Positions 1 to 12,318 of a DNA stretch of 64,000 nt are shown here, in pieces. This DNA is from Octopus sinensis (Eukaryota). The stretch lies in the NCBI RefSeq assembly GCF_006345805.1, contig NC_043000.1, positions 117,242,001-117,306,000 of the forward strand, read 5' to 3'. The notes beneath the pieces were generated by a model. It worked only from the letters and a program-made list of their open reading frames with translations. It made no database searches and was not told where the DNA came from. Positions within the stretch are counted from its first letter, which is position 1; each line of letters starts with the position of its first letter. The translations under genes and the position numbers were made by a program.

Positions 1-67
1 GTAAACATTAAACACACACACACACACATATTAGATATGTATATATATATATATTATATATATATAA

Positions 68-385
68 GGAGCACGCCGTCGGTTACAACGACGAGGGTCC
101 CAGCTGATACGATCAACGGAACAGCCTGCTCGTGATATTAACGTGCAAGTGGGTGAGCATTCCACAGACACGTGTACCCTTATCGGAGGTCTCCAAGAGA
201 TCAGCGTGACACAGAATTTGACAAGGTTGGCCCTTTGAAATACAGATACTACTCATTTTTGCCAGATGAGTGAATTGGAGCAACGTTAAAATAAAGTGTC
301 TTGCTCAAGGACACAACGCGTCGCCGGGAATTGAACTCACGACCTTACGATCATGAGCCGAATATCTCAACCTCTAAGCCACATG
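68..385 (-). mobile_element. tRNA-derived SINE, family C (CORE-like central segment)
   Basis: Minus strand reads tRNA-like head (tggcttagaggtt...gagttcaattcc) then gtgtccttgagcaagacact. Related copies near 6200, 55760 and 59380. Confidence 0.75.
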
Positions 386-397
386 TATATTCTTTTT

Positions 398-616
398 TAT
401 CATTCTTTTATTTGTTTCAGTCATTTGGGTGTGGCCATGCTGGAGCACCGCCTTTAGTCGAGCAAATCGACCCCAGGACTTATTCTTTGCAAGCCTAGTA
501 CTTATTCTATCGGATCTTTTTTGCCGAACCACTAAGTTACGGGGACGGAAACACACCAGCATCGGTTGTTAAGCGATGTTGCGGGGACAAACACAGACAC
601 AAACATATACACACAC

Positions 617-661
<45 letters not shown>

Positions 662-1156
662 TATATATATATTATAGAAAAATGTTACAAAAAGAAAATA
701 GAAACTACACGTGGTAATGTAAGGGGAAAGTAAGAAAAATAGACGAAAATGCACATTGTAAATCAAAAAAAGTAAAGGCTTTTTATGCAAAGTAACGAAA
801 AATATATACAATTAGATGAACTGAGGTAGGAATAACAGCATTAAAATTCATTATTGTGAAATTATTAAAAAGATTCAAGTATACCGGTTTCGTAATTTAC
901 TAATCATTGCTTTGAATACAATAATTCATTGCTTTTTGTTTTGAATACAACTATTCATTGCTTAGAATGCACACCGATTGATGCACGATACGATAGGTTC
1001 TTTCAGTTTCCGTCTACTAAATCCACTCATAAGGCTTTGGTCGGCCCGAGGCTATATTAGAAGTCACTTGCTCAAGGTGCCACGCAGTGGGAATGAACCC
1101 GGAAGCATGTGGTTGGTAAGCAAACTACTTACCACACAGTCACTCCTGCGCCTATG
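398..1156 (-). mobile_element. tRNA-derived SINE, family A, split by a ~320 bp insertion in its internal (TA)n
   Basis: 3' half at 398-660 (tail gtttcagtc...ccatgctggagcaccgcc) and 5' half at 984-1156 (A box tggctgtgtgg-like, B box ggttcagtccc-like). Same layout as more than 10 other copies in the window. Confidence 0.85.
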
Positions 1157-1971
1157 ACGTAAAATTTTCAGTATAAAATTCAGACATAAATTTTCAGTAC
1201 AAATTTCCAACACAAAATTTCTCAGATGTATCAACGAATCTAGTTTTCTTAGTGAACTGAACCCAAAGCCACACGGTTAGGAAGCAAGCTTCTAAACCAA
1301 AACACCCACGTCTGCGTCTATGAAATACAAATTTATCTAAATCCGAAACTGACTTTGAAATGTGCGATTATTGATATACATGAGTGTTTCTGATATACCG
1401 TGAAAAACGTAAGGGATAAAAGAAACGAAATATAAATACTGTACCATCATATCAAATTGTTTGAAATGATTGCATTCTGGGAATATAATGGAATATTAAA
1501 TTACAATAAAAACATTATTTAAGTAAATGTTATTTGCCAACGTAATGTAGCTGTCCTGAAAGGGACAATGGAACTGTTACTGAATATGTTTCTTTGAGAG
1601 ATTTAGAAAAAAAAAAATTATTACATGAGAATTTAATCTCTGACTTAAGGAGATGAGGTGAGAATGTATTTATGAAGTAAGTTAGCGGAATAGTTGAAGA
1701 GATATGTGAGATTTATTTACCAGGAAGCTTGGCAAAAGCGTCTGTCTAATTTGCAACATTTGTTGGAGTGAAATGGATGTAACGAGGAAATGAAATTACG
1801 TTTCTCCTTGAATACTGGAAACATTTATGAAATTGTGCTTCGGCAAGCATTTATTGAAAATACTATGATTGATTGATTGATTGATTGATTCTAGTTTCAG
1901 CTTATGAGCTGTGGCCATGCTGGGGCACCGCCATTTGGTGTTGCTACTTGGTTTCACTTCATGGAGGCTTT

Positions 1972-4950
1972 CTAGCAACTGCTATTTGTGGGCATGAGAG
2001 AGTTCGATGCAGCTGCCCTCATCTGCCCCTCCTGCCGTGAAGTTGGTTCATCTGGGACACCTGACAGGAAGAGATCCAGCTTCATTTTAAAGACATCTGT
2101 ATCCACCCCATGCAGGTCTCTCAGGTTCTTCGGGAGGATATTGAAGAGCTGTGGGCCTCGGAAGCCCAGGCTATCACAGAATCTTGTCCTACATCTTGAT
2201 GGCAGGTTTGGAGTCCTAGGCACCACGCAGTGGCGCCCAGTTCTGGCATTTGCGTAACTCTCGATGCCAAAGTTCAGGACACTTCCCTCCAGGATCTTCC
2301 AGATGTATATGGCATATCTTTCCCGCCTACGCTCCAGGGAATATAATTTTAATCTCTTGAGTCTTTCCCAGTAGCTTACATTCTGCATAGAGGCTATCTT
2401 CTTTGTGTAGCTTCGTTGAATCGCCTCAAGTTCTGTGATCAACTTGACACTGGATGGTGACCATAGCTGAGAGCAATAGTCAAAGTGGCTTAGGACAAGT
2501 GTCTTCCAGAGGACCATCATGGTTTCTTGTTCTCTTGTTCTAAAGGTTCTAAGAATCCATCCAGCCAGCCGTCTACATTTCATTGTCAGTTTAGCAACAT
2601 GTACATGAAAGGTCGCGTCATCACTCATGTGAATACCCAGGTCACGCACTGATTGTGCCTCTGGGATTGCAATCCCTCCGGGTCCAGTGTATTCATTGGG
2701 TATTGCATTCAGTTTTGCATGCTGATAGTATAAAGCTTGAAACTTTCCAGCATTGAACTGCATGCTATTCTTTTCAGCCCACTTGTATATTTCGTCCAGC
2801 TCACATTGCAGGTGTTTAGTGTCCTCAGGGTTCTGTATTGCCTGTGAAACTTTTGTATCATCTGCATAACTTGTGATCGTGGCTCTCTGCGTGGCTGAGG
2901 GCATGTCTGAGAGGGCCATTATGAACAGTAGTGGTCCCAGAACAGTGCCCTGCGGAACACCGCTCACTATTTGTGTGTTAATGGAGGTGGCCCCATTGGC
3001 TACTACCACCTGACTTCTATCCTTCAGAAAGTCATGAAGCCATTCTCCCAGTTTTCCAACTATGTTGAGATCACGCAGTTTGTGACATATCATTCCATGA
3101 TCGACTTTATCAAAGGCCTTTGCAAAGTCGAGATATATCACTTCCACATTTGAGTGGTTGAGCAGCCGTTTCAGCACCCAGTCATAGTGTTGTAGGAGCT
3201 GAGTTAACAGCTTCTCCCTGGTCGGAAACCATGTTGGGTGTCGGGCAGCAAGTCATTCTCTTCAAGGAAGGTGATCAGCTTCCTTCTGACTATTCGTTCC
3301 ATGACCTTGCTGATGTGTGAGGTCAGAGAGATAGGTCTATAGTTCTTGGCTTCCGCTCTGCTACCTCCTTTATGAATGGGGCATATTTTAGCTTCCTTCA
3401 GTTTTCCTGGAAGTTTGCCAGCTGCAAGGAAGCTCTGAAAGAGGAACTGCAGGTGGTCTTGCTAGGACTCTCTTACATGCTTTTAGGAGGATTGCCGGGA
3501 ATCCATCGGGGCCAGTAGCTGAGTCTGTTTTCATTTCATCTATAGCCTTGGTTACATCGTCTTCCTTTATATCGATGTAATCTATCGTCGCCGCCTCTGA
3601 TTTTATATCTGCAGTGGTAAAAAAGTCAGTTGGATTGGTGATTTGGAGATGCCCAAGGGGTGAGTGAAAACACTCTTGAATTGCTCATTCAGTATTTCAC
3701 TTACCCTCATTGGTTTTCCTGTAAGTGTGCCATCCTTTTCGAGGAGTGGCCCTATTCTACAGTGCACTGTAGCTGTTTCTTTGGCATACCTGTAGAAAGC
3801 TCTGGGGTTAGATTTTATGTTTTCTATAGCCCAGGCTTCTTTGTCTGCTCTTTCTTTTTCATGGGAGAGTTGCAGACATTTTTCGATTTCCAACAGTTTT
3901 ATTTTTAGGCGGGACTTTTCACTGCTTTCAATCTGTTGTTTAGGCGATTTGAAAATTTCGTACGCCGTCTCATTAAATTTTCCTCTCTCTGGGGATTTTG
4001 TTCTTGTGTACAGTGGCCTTTCTCTCTGGGACACATTTGTAGCATATGGCTTGCATTACAGACATGAATTTGAAGTTTCACGTCGATGTCTGGCGAGGAG
4101 AGACATTTAGGCCAGTTTTGTTTGAGGATCTCTTTCTCAATTTGTTTCCAGTTTGCCTTATGGTAGTTCAAGCTGGAAAGATTTTGAGGGTTTCTTGTAG
4201 GCTGCATGTCCGTGCTCTCTTTTGGCCCGTACATGGTCAGCTCTATCATGTTGTGATCCGAGAGTAGTGTCGGTGTCACTTTCACATTATGGATGAGATC
4301 CATGTCATTTGTGAAGCAGAGATCCAGTGTGTTACCTGCCCTGGTTGGTTGGAGTATTACCTGCTCCATGTACAGGGTGTTGATGAGGTTCAGGAGGGAC
4401 CTCGCCTGTCCTCGTTCACATCTTGTCATTCCGGAGAGAAAGGCCCTCGGGCCATCTGACATTGGGCAGATTGAAGTCTCCCATAAGAAGCACACCTATG
4501 TGTTGTTCTAATGTGGTTAGAATTTCTTCTATTTTTATAAGGCAGTCTTCAAACTTGCCCACATGGCTTGGGGCATCTGGAGGGCGATATGTAGCACACA
4601 CAACTACATCAAGTTGCCTAATATGTACAATTAGTGTGTCACACACCGAGTTTGAGTATGACAAGAGGACCTGGGGTGTGAGGTCCTCACGGATGTACAT
4701 AGCAACACCTCCATGACTCCTTTCTTCCTGTCGGTCCGTAGTACAGCATACTGTGGTATGTTAACTCCGCATCTGCTATGTCCGGTTTCAGGTGCGTTTC
4801 TGTAAGTGCTATGCATAAGGCTTTTGATTGCATGCAACAAAGTCTCTCAGGAACGGGATCTTTGTCCTGTTACTGAGTGTTTGCAGTCCTCTGATGTTCA
4901 GTAGGAGTATCGAGGTGAGGTGTACGTTGTTGCCGGCGGTGTCCATCCTG
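1972..4950 (-). pseudogene. LINE ORF2: APE endonuclease + reverse transcriptase, frameshifted
   Basis: LLLNIRGL, YRPP, MGDFNLP, LDLCFTN and LSDHNMI endonuclease motifs; LDFAKAFDKV, SGVPQGTVLGPLLF and YADD RT motifs; CR1-type C-terminus YSLERRRERY. Spread over ORFs 4809..4994, 4631..4840, 4416..4700, 3905..4495, 3603..4034 and 1972..3177. Confidence 0.92.
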
Positions 4951-5801
4951 TGTCTGTTTGCTGTGGTGGTCTGGTATATAGTGGGTAGTCCCACCTGCGG
5001 GCTTGGTTTGATGAAGCCAGGTCAGCTGCTGTACATCTTTTGTGCCATGCACAAAAAAGATTGTTGCTCAGCAGCTGCTCTTTCGACACATCATGTTGGC
5101 TGTTTGTGGCGCGCACAACATCTGCGTACCTCCGCTTTGGGGCAGGTGGTGCGTGGTCCATCCCTTTTCTTTGAGTTGATGGTTGTCCATCTGCCTCGTG
5201 TCTCTGTGGCAGGGTCCCCGATGTGCAAAGCGGCAGCCTGCACCTTCCTTTCCGTGCCAGCAGGAACCTCTCAGGTAGAACATACACACCGTGTGCGCTG
5301 TTTGGTTCCATCCTTTGCGGTTCCACTTCTATTCCTGGTTGTTTCACTCTTTGGTCCTGCTGAGCTTTTTTTTTCTTTTCCTTAGCTCTTCCAGTCCTTC
5401 TTTTAGTTCTTCTTCCTCCCTCTACCTCTTCACCGGGTTCTCCGTCTCCATGGCCCTTGCTGCCGGTTGGAGAACTTGCACCTGGGTTCACTTCCGGGCA
5501 GGTTCTCATCAACACCTCCTCCTGGGCGTCCACCAGGTGGGGTGACTTCTTTCATCGTCTCCATTCTTGCCATCTTTGCCCCGCTCGTTCTCAAAGATGG
5601 CATCAAGTGCGCCAATGTGCGACCGTACAAGCGCATATGAGCGCACGAATTCTGTCTCTTTCGCTCCATCTGAGCCGCTGTCCTCTTGTAGCCTCTGCTC
5701 TTCAGCGCAGCCGCAATCACCTCGCTAGGGCTATCTCCGCCGGCACACTCCCATGCTCGTACGAATAAATCCAGCTCGTCACGTCTCCATGCTCTGGACA
5801 T
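4900..5801 (-). pseudogene. LINE ORF1 with N-terminal Myb/SANT trihelix-like domain and a CCCH zinc finger, frameshifted
   Basis: MSRAWRRDELDLFVRAW...IAAALKSRGYKRTAAQMERKRQN; CMFYLRGSCWHGKEGAGCRFAH (C-x7-C-x8-C-x3-H); RRYADVVR motif. Confidence 0.65.
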
Positions 5802-5885
5802 GCTGGATAATCCGTCTATCCGTTTATCTATCTAATTATGTTCGAGAGAAGACAGGAAGATAGAAATATATAATATATTTTTGGT

Positions 5886-6190
5886 GAAGGCGCAATGTGC
5901 AGTGGTTAGGGCAGCGGACTCGCGGTCTGAGGATCGCGGTTTCGATTCCCAGACCGGGCATTGTGTGTGTTTATTGAGCGAAAACACCTAAAAGCCCCAC
6001 GAGGCTCTGGCACGGGATGGTGGCGACTCCTGTTGTACTCTTTCGCCAAAACTTTCCCTCACTCTCTCTTCCTGTTTCTTGAGTAACGCTGCGATGGACT
6101 GGCGTCCCGTCCAGCTGGGGGCGGAGGGACACATACGCCACAGAAACCGGGAAGCCGGGCTCATGAGCCTGGCTAGGCTTTAAAAGAGCG
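5886..6190 (+). mobile_element. tRNA-derived SINE, family D
   Basis: Head ggcgcaatg...gtggttagggcagcggactcgcgg...gtttcgattccc. Homologous to 7895-8185, 55960-56095, 61882-62160 and 62430-62734. Confidence 0.8.
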
Positions 6191-6200
6191 AAAGATGAAG

Positions 6201-6712
6201 AAGCATGACTTAGCGGTTAGGGTAATCGGCACACGATCAGGAGTTCTATTTCCAGCGGCGCATTGTGTCTTTGAGCAAAAGGAGTTGTATCTGTATTACG
6301 AAGGGCTGTCCTTGTCACATTCTGTGTTACGCTGAATCCCCCTGAGAACTACACTAAGGGTACACGTGTCTGTAGAGCGCTCAGCCACTTGGGTGTTAAT
6401 TTCCCGAGTAGGCTGTTCCATTAATCGGGTCGACCGGAACATTTGTCTTCATAACCTATTTCATTACTACCCACAAGGGGCTAAACACAGAGGGACAAAC
6501 AAGGACAGACAAACGGATTAAGTCAATTATATCGACCCCAGTCCGTAACAGGTACTTAATTTATCGACCGCGAAAGGATGAAAGGCAAAGTCGACCTCGG
6601 CGGAATTTGAACTCAGAACGTAGCGGAAGACGAAATACGGCTACGCATTTCGCCCGGCGTGCTAACGTTTCTGCCAGCCCACCGCCTTTGTCTTCATAAC
6701 CGATGGAATGCC
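6201..6712 (+). mobile_element. SINE family C copy interrupted by a SINE B
   Basis: Body matches the reverse complement of 68-385 and is interrupted at 6457-6686. Confidence 0.65.
6457..6686 (-). mobile_element. SINE family B (B1 tail), monomer
   Basis: 15 bp TSD tttgtcttcataacc at 6442-6456 and 6687-6701. Confidence 0.9.
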
Positions 6713-6876
6713 ATTTTAAAAAATTTTTAATTATATTTCGACTCAGCAGAATGGCTCCTTATTTACATTAATGTGAAAGTGAAAATTTGTGACTTCCATG
6801 CTTTTCTTAGTGAAGGTACGTGGCCGGGTAGCTAGGGCGTTGCACTCACGGTCGAAAGCTCGTGGGTTCGATTACC

Positions 6877-7081
6877 TATTTCTTTACTACCCACAAGGGG
6901 CTAAACACAGAGCGGACAAACAAGGACAGACAAATGCATTAAGGCGATTATATCGACCCCAGTGCGTAACTGGTACTTATTTAATCCACCCCGAAAGGAT
7001 GAAAGGCAAAGTCGACCTCAGCGGAATTTGAACTCAGAACGTAGCAGCAGGCGAAATAATGCTAAGCATTTCGCAGTTCGC
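6877..7081 (-). mobile_element. SINE family B (B1 tail) inserted in the B box of another tRNA-derived SINE
   Basis: 16 bp TSD cgtgggttcgattacc at 6861-6876 and 7082-7097. Confidence 0.88.
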
Positions 7082-7629
7082 CGTGGGTTCGATTACCGAA
7101 CCGGGTGGTGCATTGTGTTCTGGAGCGAAATACTCCATTTCACGGTATTTCAGTCCACTCACATTGTAATGAGTCATCCTGCAATGGATTAGCTTGTCGT
7201 TCCTGGAGAATATTGGAATCTCGGTCACTTATACGCCATGGAAACTGATCTACATTATTGTTATATAAATCCAAATTACATCAGTAATCAAATTGTACAT
7301 TTATATAACGTATCATAGCTTCTACATTGTTCAATCTATATATAATTATGTATACTTAGCGAAGTTTCTGAGTTATCATTGGCTGTTTTTTCCTAGATAT
7401 ATATAGGCACCGTATGTGCAATTAATAATTCCAACTGAATAATTTATCGACTGATTAGTTAGCTTATATTGCTGTAAAGAATTTCAATATTCATATATAG
7501 AAGGGGAATTAAAGAGGAGAAACTAGTGCAACTGTGATATTAGTAACGGTGAATGCATATATTTTAGAAACCGTTAATAGAAATTTAAATAATTGGCTAT
7601 ACTGTTAGATTCATAAATTGCTTAATATC

Positions 7630-7860
7630 TATTTCTTTACTACGCACAAGGGGCCAAACACAGAGAGAACAAACAAGGACAGAAGAACGGATTAAGTCGA
7701 TTATATCGACCCCAGTGCGTAACTGGTACTTATTTAATCGACCCCGAAAGGATGAAAGGCAAAGTCGACCTCGGCGGAATTTGAACTCAGAACGTAACGG
7801 TGGATGAAATACCGCTAAGAATTTCGCCCGGCGTGCTAACGATTCTGCCAGCTCGCCGTC
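7630..7860 (-). mobile_element. SINE family B (B1 tail), monomer
   Basis: 20 bp TSD ttcataaattgcttaatatc at 7610-7629 and 7861-7880. Confidence 0.9.
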
Positions 7861-7894
7861 TTCATAAATTGCTTAATATCAAACCGATGTATGT

Positions 7895-8185
7895 GGAGGC
7901 ACATGGCCTAGTGGTTAGAGCAGTGGACTCGCAGTCGAGAGATCGCAGGTTCGTATCTCAGACCGAGTGATGTGTGTGTTTATGAGCGAAACACCTAAGC
8001 TCCACGCGGCTCCGGCAGAAAGTAATGGCGAACTTCTACTGACTCTTTCGCCACAATTTTCTCTCACTCTTGCATCTTGCAGCTCACCTGCGACGGACCG
8101 GCGTCCCGTTGAAGTGGGGAACCTATACGCCAAGGAAACCGGGAAACCGGCCCTTATGAGCCAAGCGTGGCTCGAGAAGGAAACC
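7895..8185 (+). mobile_element. SINE family D variant
   Basis: tRNA-like head ggaggcacatggcctagtggttagagcagtggactcgcagtc; body homologous to 5886-6190. Confidence 0.75.
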
Positions 8186-8887
8186 GATGTCTGCTGTCGT
8201 TACAGTCATTATTCCAACTAAACGTGAGTCTTTGTTACTGTTATAGCCATCTTGTAATATTTATTGTTAAGACTTCATTTCATGTGCAATCTTTTTAGCG
8301 GTTAGATACGTAACTTTACTGCGAGAGGTTCCATTATTACTTCACAGTTCTTCGGTTTTCTTTTTGTTTTTTTTATTTTTATGGCTGATGGCTTTTCCCC
8401 TTTGCAACTATGCTTAGGAGAGTTGAGCATTTTGAAGTTAGTTTTCTAATTATTACTCGCAGTAACTTATGTTCTAAAAGATGTGGACTGGGCAACGTTT
8501 TCAAAGGGTTGCATGCCTGAATAATAATGCTTGAATGAAACGTTTAATGTGGGTTATGGAACAGACAACACAAAATAGAGATGAAGAGAAAGGTAAACAG
8601 GGATGCAAGAAATAGTAGGTAGTTTGCTAGTTTTAAGGAGGAAAGATGTCATCAAAAAGTGTAGGAGAAGCAGATTTCCTGAATATTATTTTTTGAAGTG
8701 CTTTACTGTATTTGAAACAGTAGCAGTTGCATAACTCAACACATGTAAAAGTCTTCCTATGAAGTGTCACCCATGACAATAGAAGAGGTCAGCAACTGAT
8801 CAGCATTACACTATTAAAGCTACAGCGCACATTTGTTATTTAATCAGCATGCAGACAACATTTGTGTGTCGAGTATTAACGAGTAAT

Positions 8888-9650
8888 GGCGACGAGCTGG
8901 CAGAAACGTTAGCACGCCGGGCGAAATGCGTAGCCGTATTTCGTCTGCCGTTATTTTCTGAGTTCAAACTCCGCCGGGGTCGACTTTGCCTTTCATCCTA
9001 TCGGGATCGATTAAGTAAGTACCAGTTACGTACTGGGGTCGATATAATCGGCTTAATCCCTTTGTCTGTCCTTGTTTGTCCTCTCTGTGTTTAGCCCCTT
9101 GTGGGTAGTAAAGAAATAGGTATTTCGTCTGCAGCTACGTTCTGAGTTCAAATTCCACCGAGGTTGACTTTGCCTTTCATCCTTTCGGGGTCGATGAAAT
9201 AAGTACCAGTTTACGCACTGTGGTCGATATAATCGACTTAATCCGTTCTTCTGTCCTTGTTTGTCTTCTCTGTGTTTAGTAGTAAAGAAATACGTATTTC
9301 GTCCGTCTTTACGTTCTGATTTCAAATTCCGCCGAAGTCCACTTTACCTTTCATTCTTTCAGGGTCGATAAATTAAGTACCAGTTACGTACTGGAGTCGA
9401 TGTAATCGATTGGCTGCTTTCCTCCAAAATTTTAAAGGTGGCGAGCTGGCAAAAACTTTAGCACGCCGGGCGAAATGCTTAGCGGTATTTCGTCTGCCGC
9501 TACGTTCTGAGTGCAAATTCCGCTGAAGTCGACTTTGCCTTTCATCCTTTCGGGGTCGATAAACTAAATACCAGTTGCGTACTGGGGTCGATCTAATCGA
9601 CTGCCCCCTCCCCAAAAATATCGGGCCTTGTGCCTAGAATAGAAAAGAAA
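8888..9650 (+). mobile_element. SINE B array (head + B1 + B1 + B2 unit) followed by a B2 monomer at 9434-9650
   Basis: Repeated ~180 bp units restarting at gtatttcgtc, with two alternative 3' tails. Confidence 0.85.
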
Positions 9651-9659
9651 TATTAACGA

Positions 9660-10300
9660 GTAGAAGTTAGTTGTAATCAGTGTAAGAGTGTTTGTCGTCA
9701 GAAATAACAGTGATCAATTAAGTTTCTGAAAATAGAATGTCGAAATCATATTCGAACTTTAGGGTACATTAGATCTTAAAGTAAGTTGACACTTACTCCG
9801 CTAATTATAGAATATAGATCAGAGGTAGATTCCTCAGCGCCTATTGTAATGATTCTTATTATCAGATATATTTGAAGTTTCTGTCGCCAATTAAAGCAAT
9901 GTTTATTTAGAGAAAGAGGCAACTGGAGTGTAATATAGGAAAGAGAGTCTTCGATATATCTGTTACTATGAAAAGCATGCCAGTTGTCATTGAGAATACA
10001 GAGAGACTTAAGCTAATGAAGGAGATCTTTATTTCTTTTACAGATGTCGCTGTCATCTTTTAATTTGTTACAAGCTAAAGCGATATGTCGGAAATTAGAT
10101 GTATCGTTAATGTTGGCATTCTTGGAAGTATGTTGGCATTCTTGGCATGCCCTGAGGTTCTGAATATTTGATTAAATTTAACACCGAAAAGTTTGATTAG
10201 AATAGGACTTAGCTCTGTAGAATATAAAGCCTACGCAAAAGACCTTCCTAGTACCGTTTACCTTGGCAGACTGGAATAATCGGAACATATTACATATTCC
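9660..10300 (-). pseudogene. Highly decayed LINE reverse transcriptase remnant
   Basis: Minus-strand translation gives ILNDNWHAFHSNRYIEDSLSY and RSNVP*SSNMISTFYF, resembling the QxGFRxxRS and SGVPQGSVLSP RT motifs. Confidence 0.35.
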
Positions 10301-10934
10301 ACATTTGAAGTATTTGGAGGGAAGAAGGAGAGTTTGTAAGAAAGTTTATGTGTATTAATGTGGAGGGAGTCCTCCACTAAATTAAGAGGTAAATTCCTGG
10401 TGTTCTGACTTCGAGGTTAGTGTTTGGATTCCCTGGAATTTCGTGACCCAATATTTAGGGTGCTGCACTCACGACCGTATGACCGTGATTTCGATTCCTG
10501 GAACAGGTGGTGTGTTGCCTTCGTGAGCAACACACTTCATTTCACATCACTCCAGACTAGTCAGCTGTTAATGAGTAACGCTGCGACCAGCTGGGATTTC
10601 TATTAAGGGTAAACGATGTGATCTGGCTCTCTAAAACGCTGTTGAAACCAACTGGCCGCAGTCACATGACTGAAACAAATAAAAGAGTACTGCATGACTT
10701 GTTTAAGTTACTCTCAGTAAGCTGAAGATGCTACCTGCAAACCAAGAAGCAACGGATAACACCCTTAACAAAAGATTTGAAATTAAAAATTCAGATTAAA
10801 AAACTTAACTACGACATTGAACAATGGGCCATAACTGTATGAGCAAGTATTTTATATGTTTAAACATAATTATACTTTAATTATACAAACTAAACAACAT
10901 GAAGTATTTTGTTTTCGTATCTAATTTTCCCATT

Positions 10935-11430
10935 ACTCTTTTATTCTTTTACTTGTTTCAGTCATTTGACTGCGGCCGTGCTGGAGCACTGCTTTTAGTC
11001 GAGCAAATCGACCCCAGGACTTACTCTTTGTAAGTCTAGTACTTATTCTATCGGTCTCTTTTGCCGAACCGCTAAGTGATGTTGGTGATGGTGGTGGTGG
11101 GGGCGGACAAGCACAAACACACATACACACACACATACATACATAAATATATACATATAAACGACGGGCTTCTTTCAGTTTCTGTCTACCAAATCCACTC
11201 ACAAGGCTTTGGTCGGCCTGAGGCTATAGTAGAACTTGCCCAAGGTGCCACGCAGTGGGACTGAACCTAGAACCATGTGGCTGGTAGTTTACCAAATCCA
11301 CTCGCAAGGCTTTGGTCGGCCCGAGGCTATAGTAGAAGACACTTGCCTAAGGTGCCACGCAATGGGACTGAACCCAGAACCATGTGGTTGGTAAGCAAGC
11401 CACTTACCACACAGCCACTCCTGCGCCTAT
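10935..11430 (-). mobile_element. SINE family A with a ~105 bp tandem duplication in the 5' half
   Basis: Segment accaaatccactc...accatgtgg occurs twice within 11185-11390. Confidence 0.85.
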
Positions 11431-11904
11431 GCAGGATTTAATCAAATCGTAAACTAAGGAAATCATGCAAAATATAAGTGCATATAAAAGTCTAATTAAG
11501 AAGTTTCTATGTCATACAACAGAAAAAAAAATGAATTCAATCAACTAATATTAGATGACAATGATACTAGTTTATAAGTATATTCAGTTGTAACGTTAAA
11601 ATAATGAAGATACAGAACTGAATAAAAGAAAACGTGACATTGTTAAAAATACAAATAATATATACATCGCTAGGTTTGCAAAACAAGTTCCCAGACGTTG
11701 TCTAAGATATGTTCTGAAGAATAAAATTTTTTTAAAGATACTGTTCGGATTTAATTTTGCGTGAAAAATAACTCGCTGTTATTGTCTGTGAAAGTCACCA
11801 TTTTTTTGCTGCTTATTCCATTTCGTTTATTACTCACAATAACATCAAAGGAAAATGTGGCAACTCAAGTGCAAAGAGTTTGTCTGGTGCCAGACGTGTT
11901 ATTA

Positions 11905-12318
11905 TGCTTTTTTACTCTTTTACTTGTTTCAGTCATTTGACTGCGGCCATGCTGGAGCACCGCTTTTAGTCCAACAAATCGACCCCAGGACTTATTCTTT
12001 GTAAGCCTAGTACTTATTCTATCGGTCTCTTTTGCCGAACCGATAAGTTACGGGGGCGTAAACACACCAGCATCGGTTGTCAAGCGATGTTGGGTGGACA
12101 AACACAGACACACAAACACGTACACACACATAAATATATATACATATATACGACGGACCTCTTTCAGTTTCCGTCTACCAAATCCACTCACAAGGCTTTG
12201 GTCGGCCCAAGGCTATAGTAGAAGACACTTGCCCCAAGGATACCACACAGTGGGACTGAACCCAGAACCATGTGGTTGGTAAGCAAACTACTTACCACAC
12301 AGCCACTCCTACGCCTAT
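11905..12318 (-). mobile_element. SINE family A, full length
   Basis: Head, CORE-like segment, internal (TA)/(CA) tract and 3' tail with stem-loop cagtc-attt-gactg at 11930-11943. Confidence 0.9.

Larger units (their letters stand above)
1866..5860 (-). mobile_element. Near full-length CR1/L2-group LINE, decayed
   Basis: ORF1 + APE endonuclease + RT in order on the minus strand, short 3' UTR and (AATC)n tail at 1866-1890. The 5' boundary is approximate. Confidence 0.92.

Noticed and set aside
1866-5880. TSD or 5' ribozyme for the CR1 LINE
   Set aside because: No convincing flanking duplication or HDV-like fold could be identified by eye.
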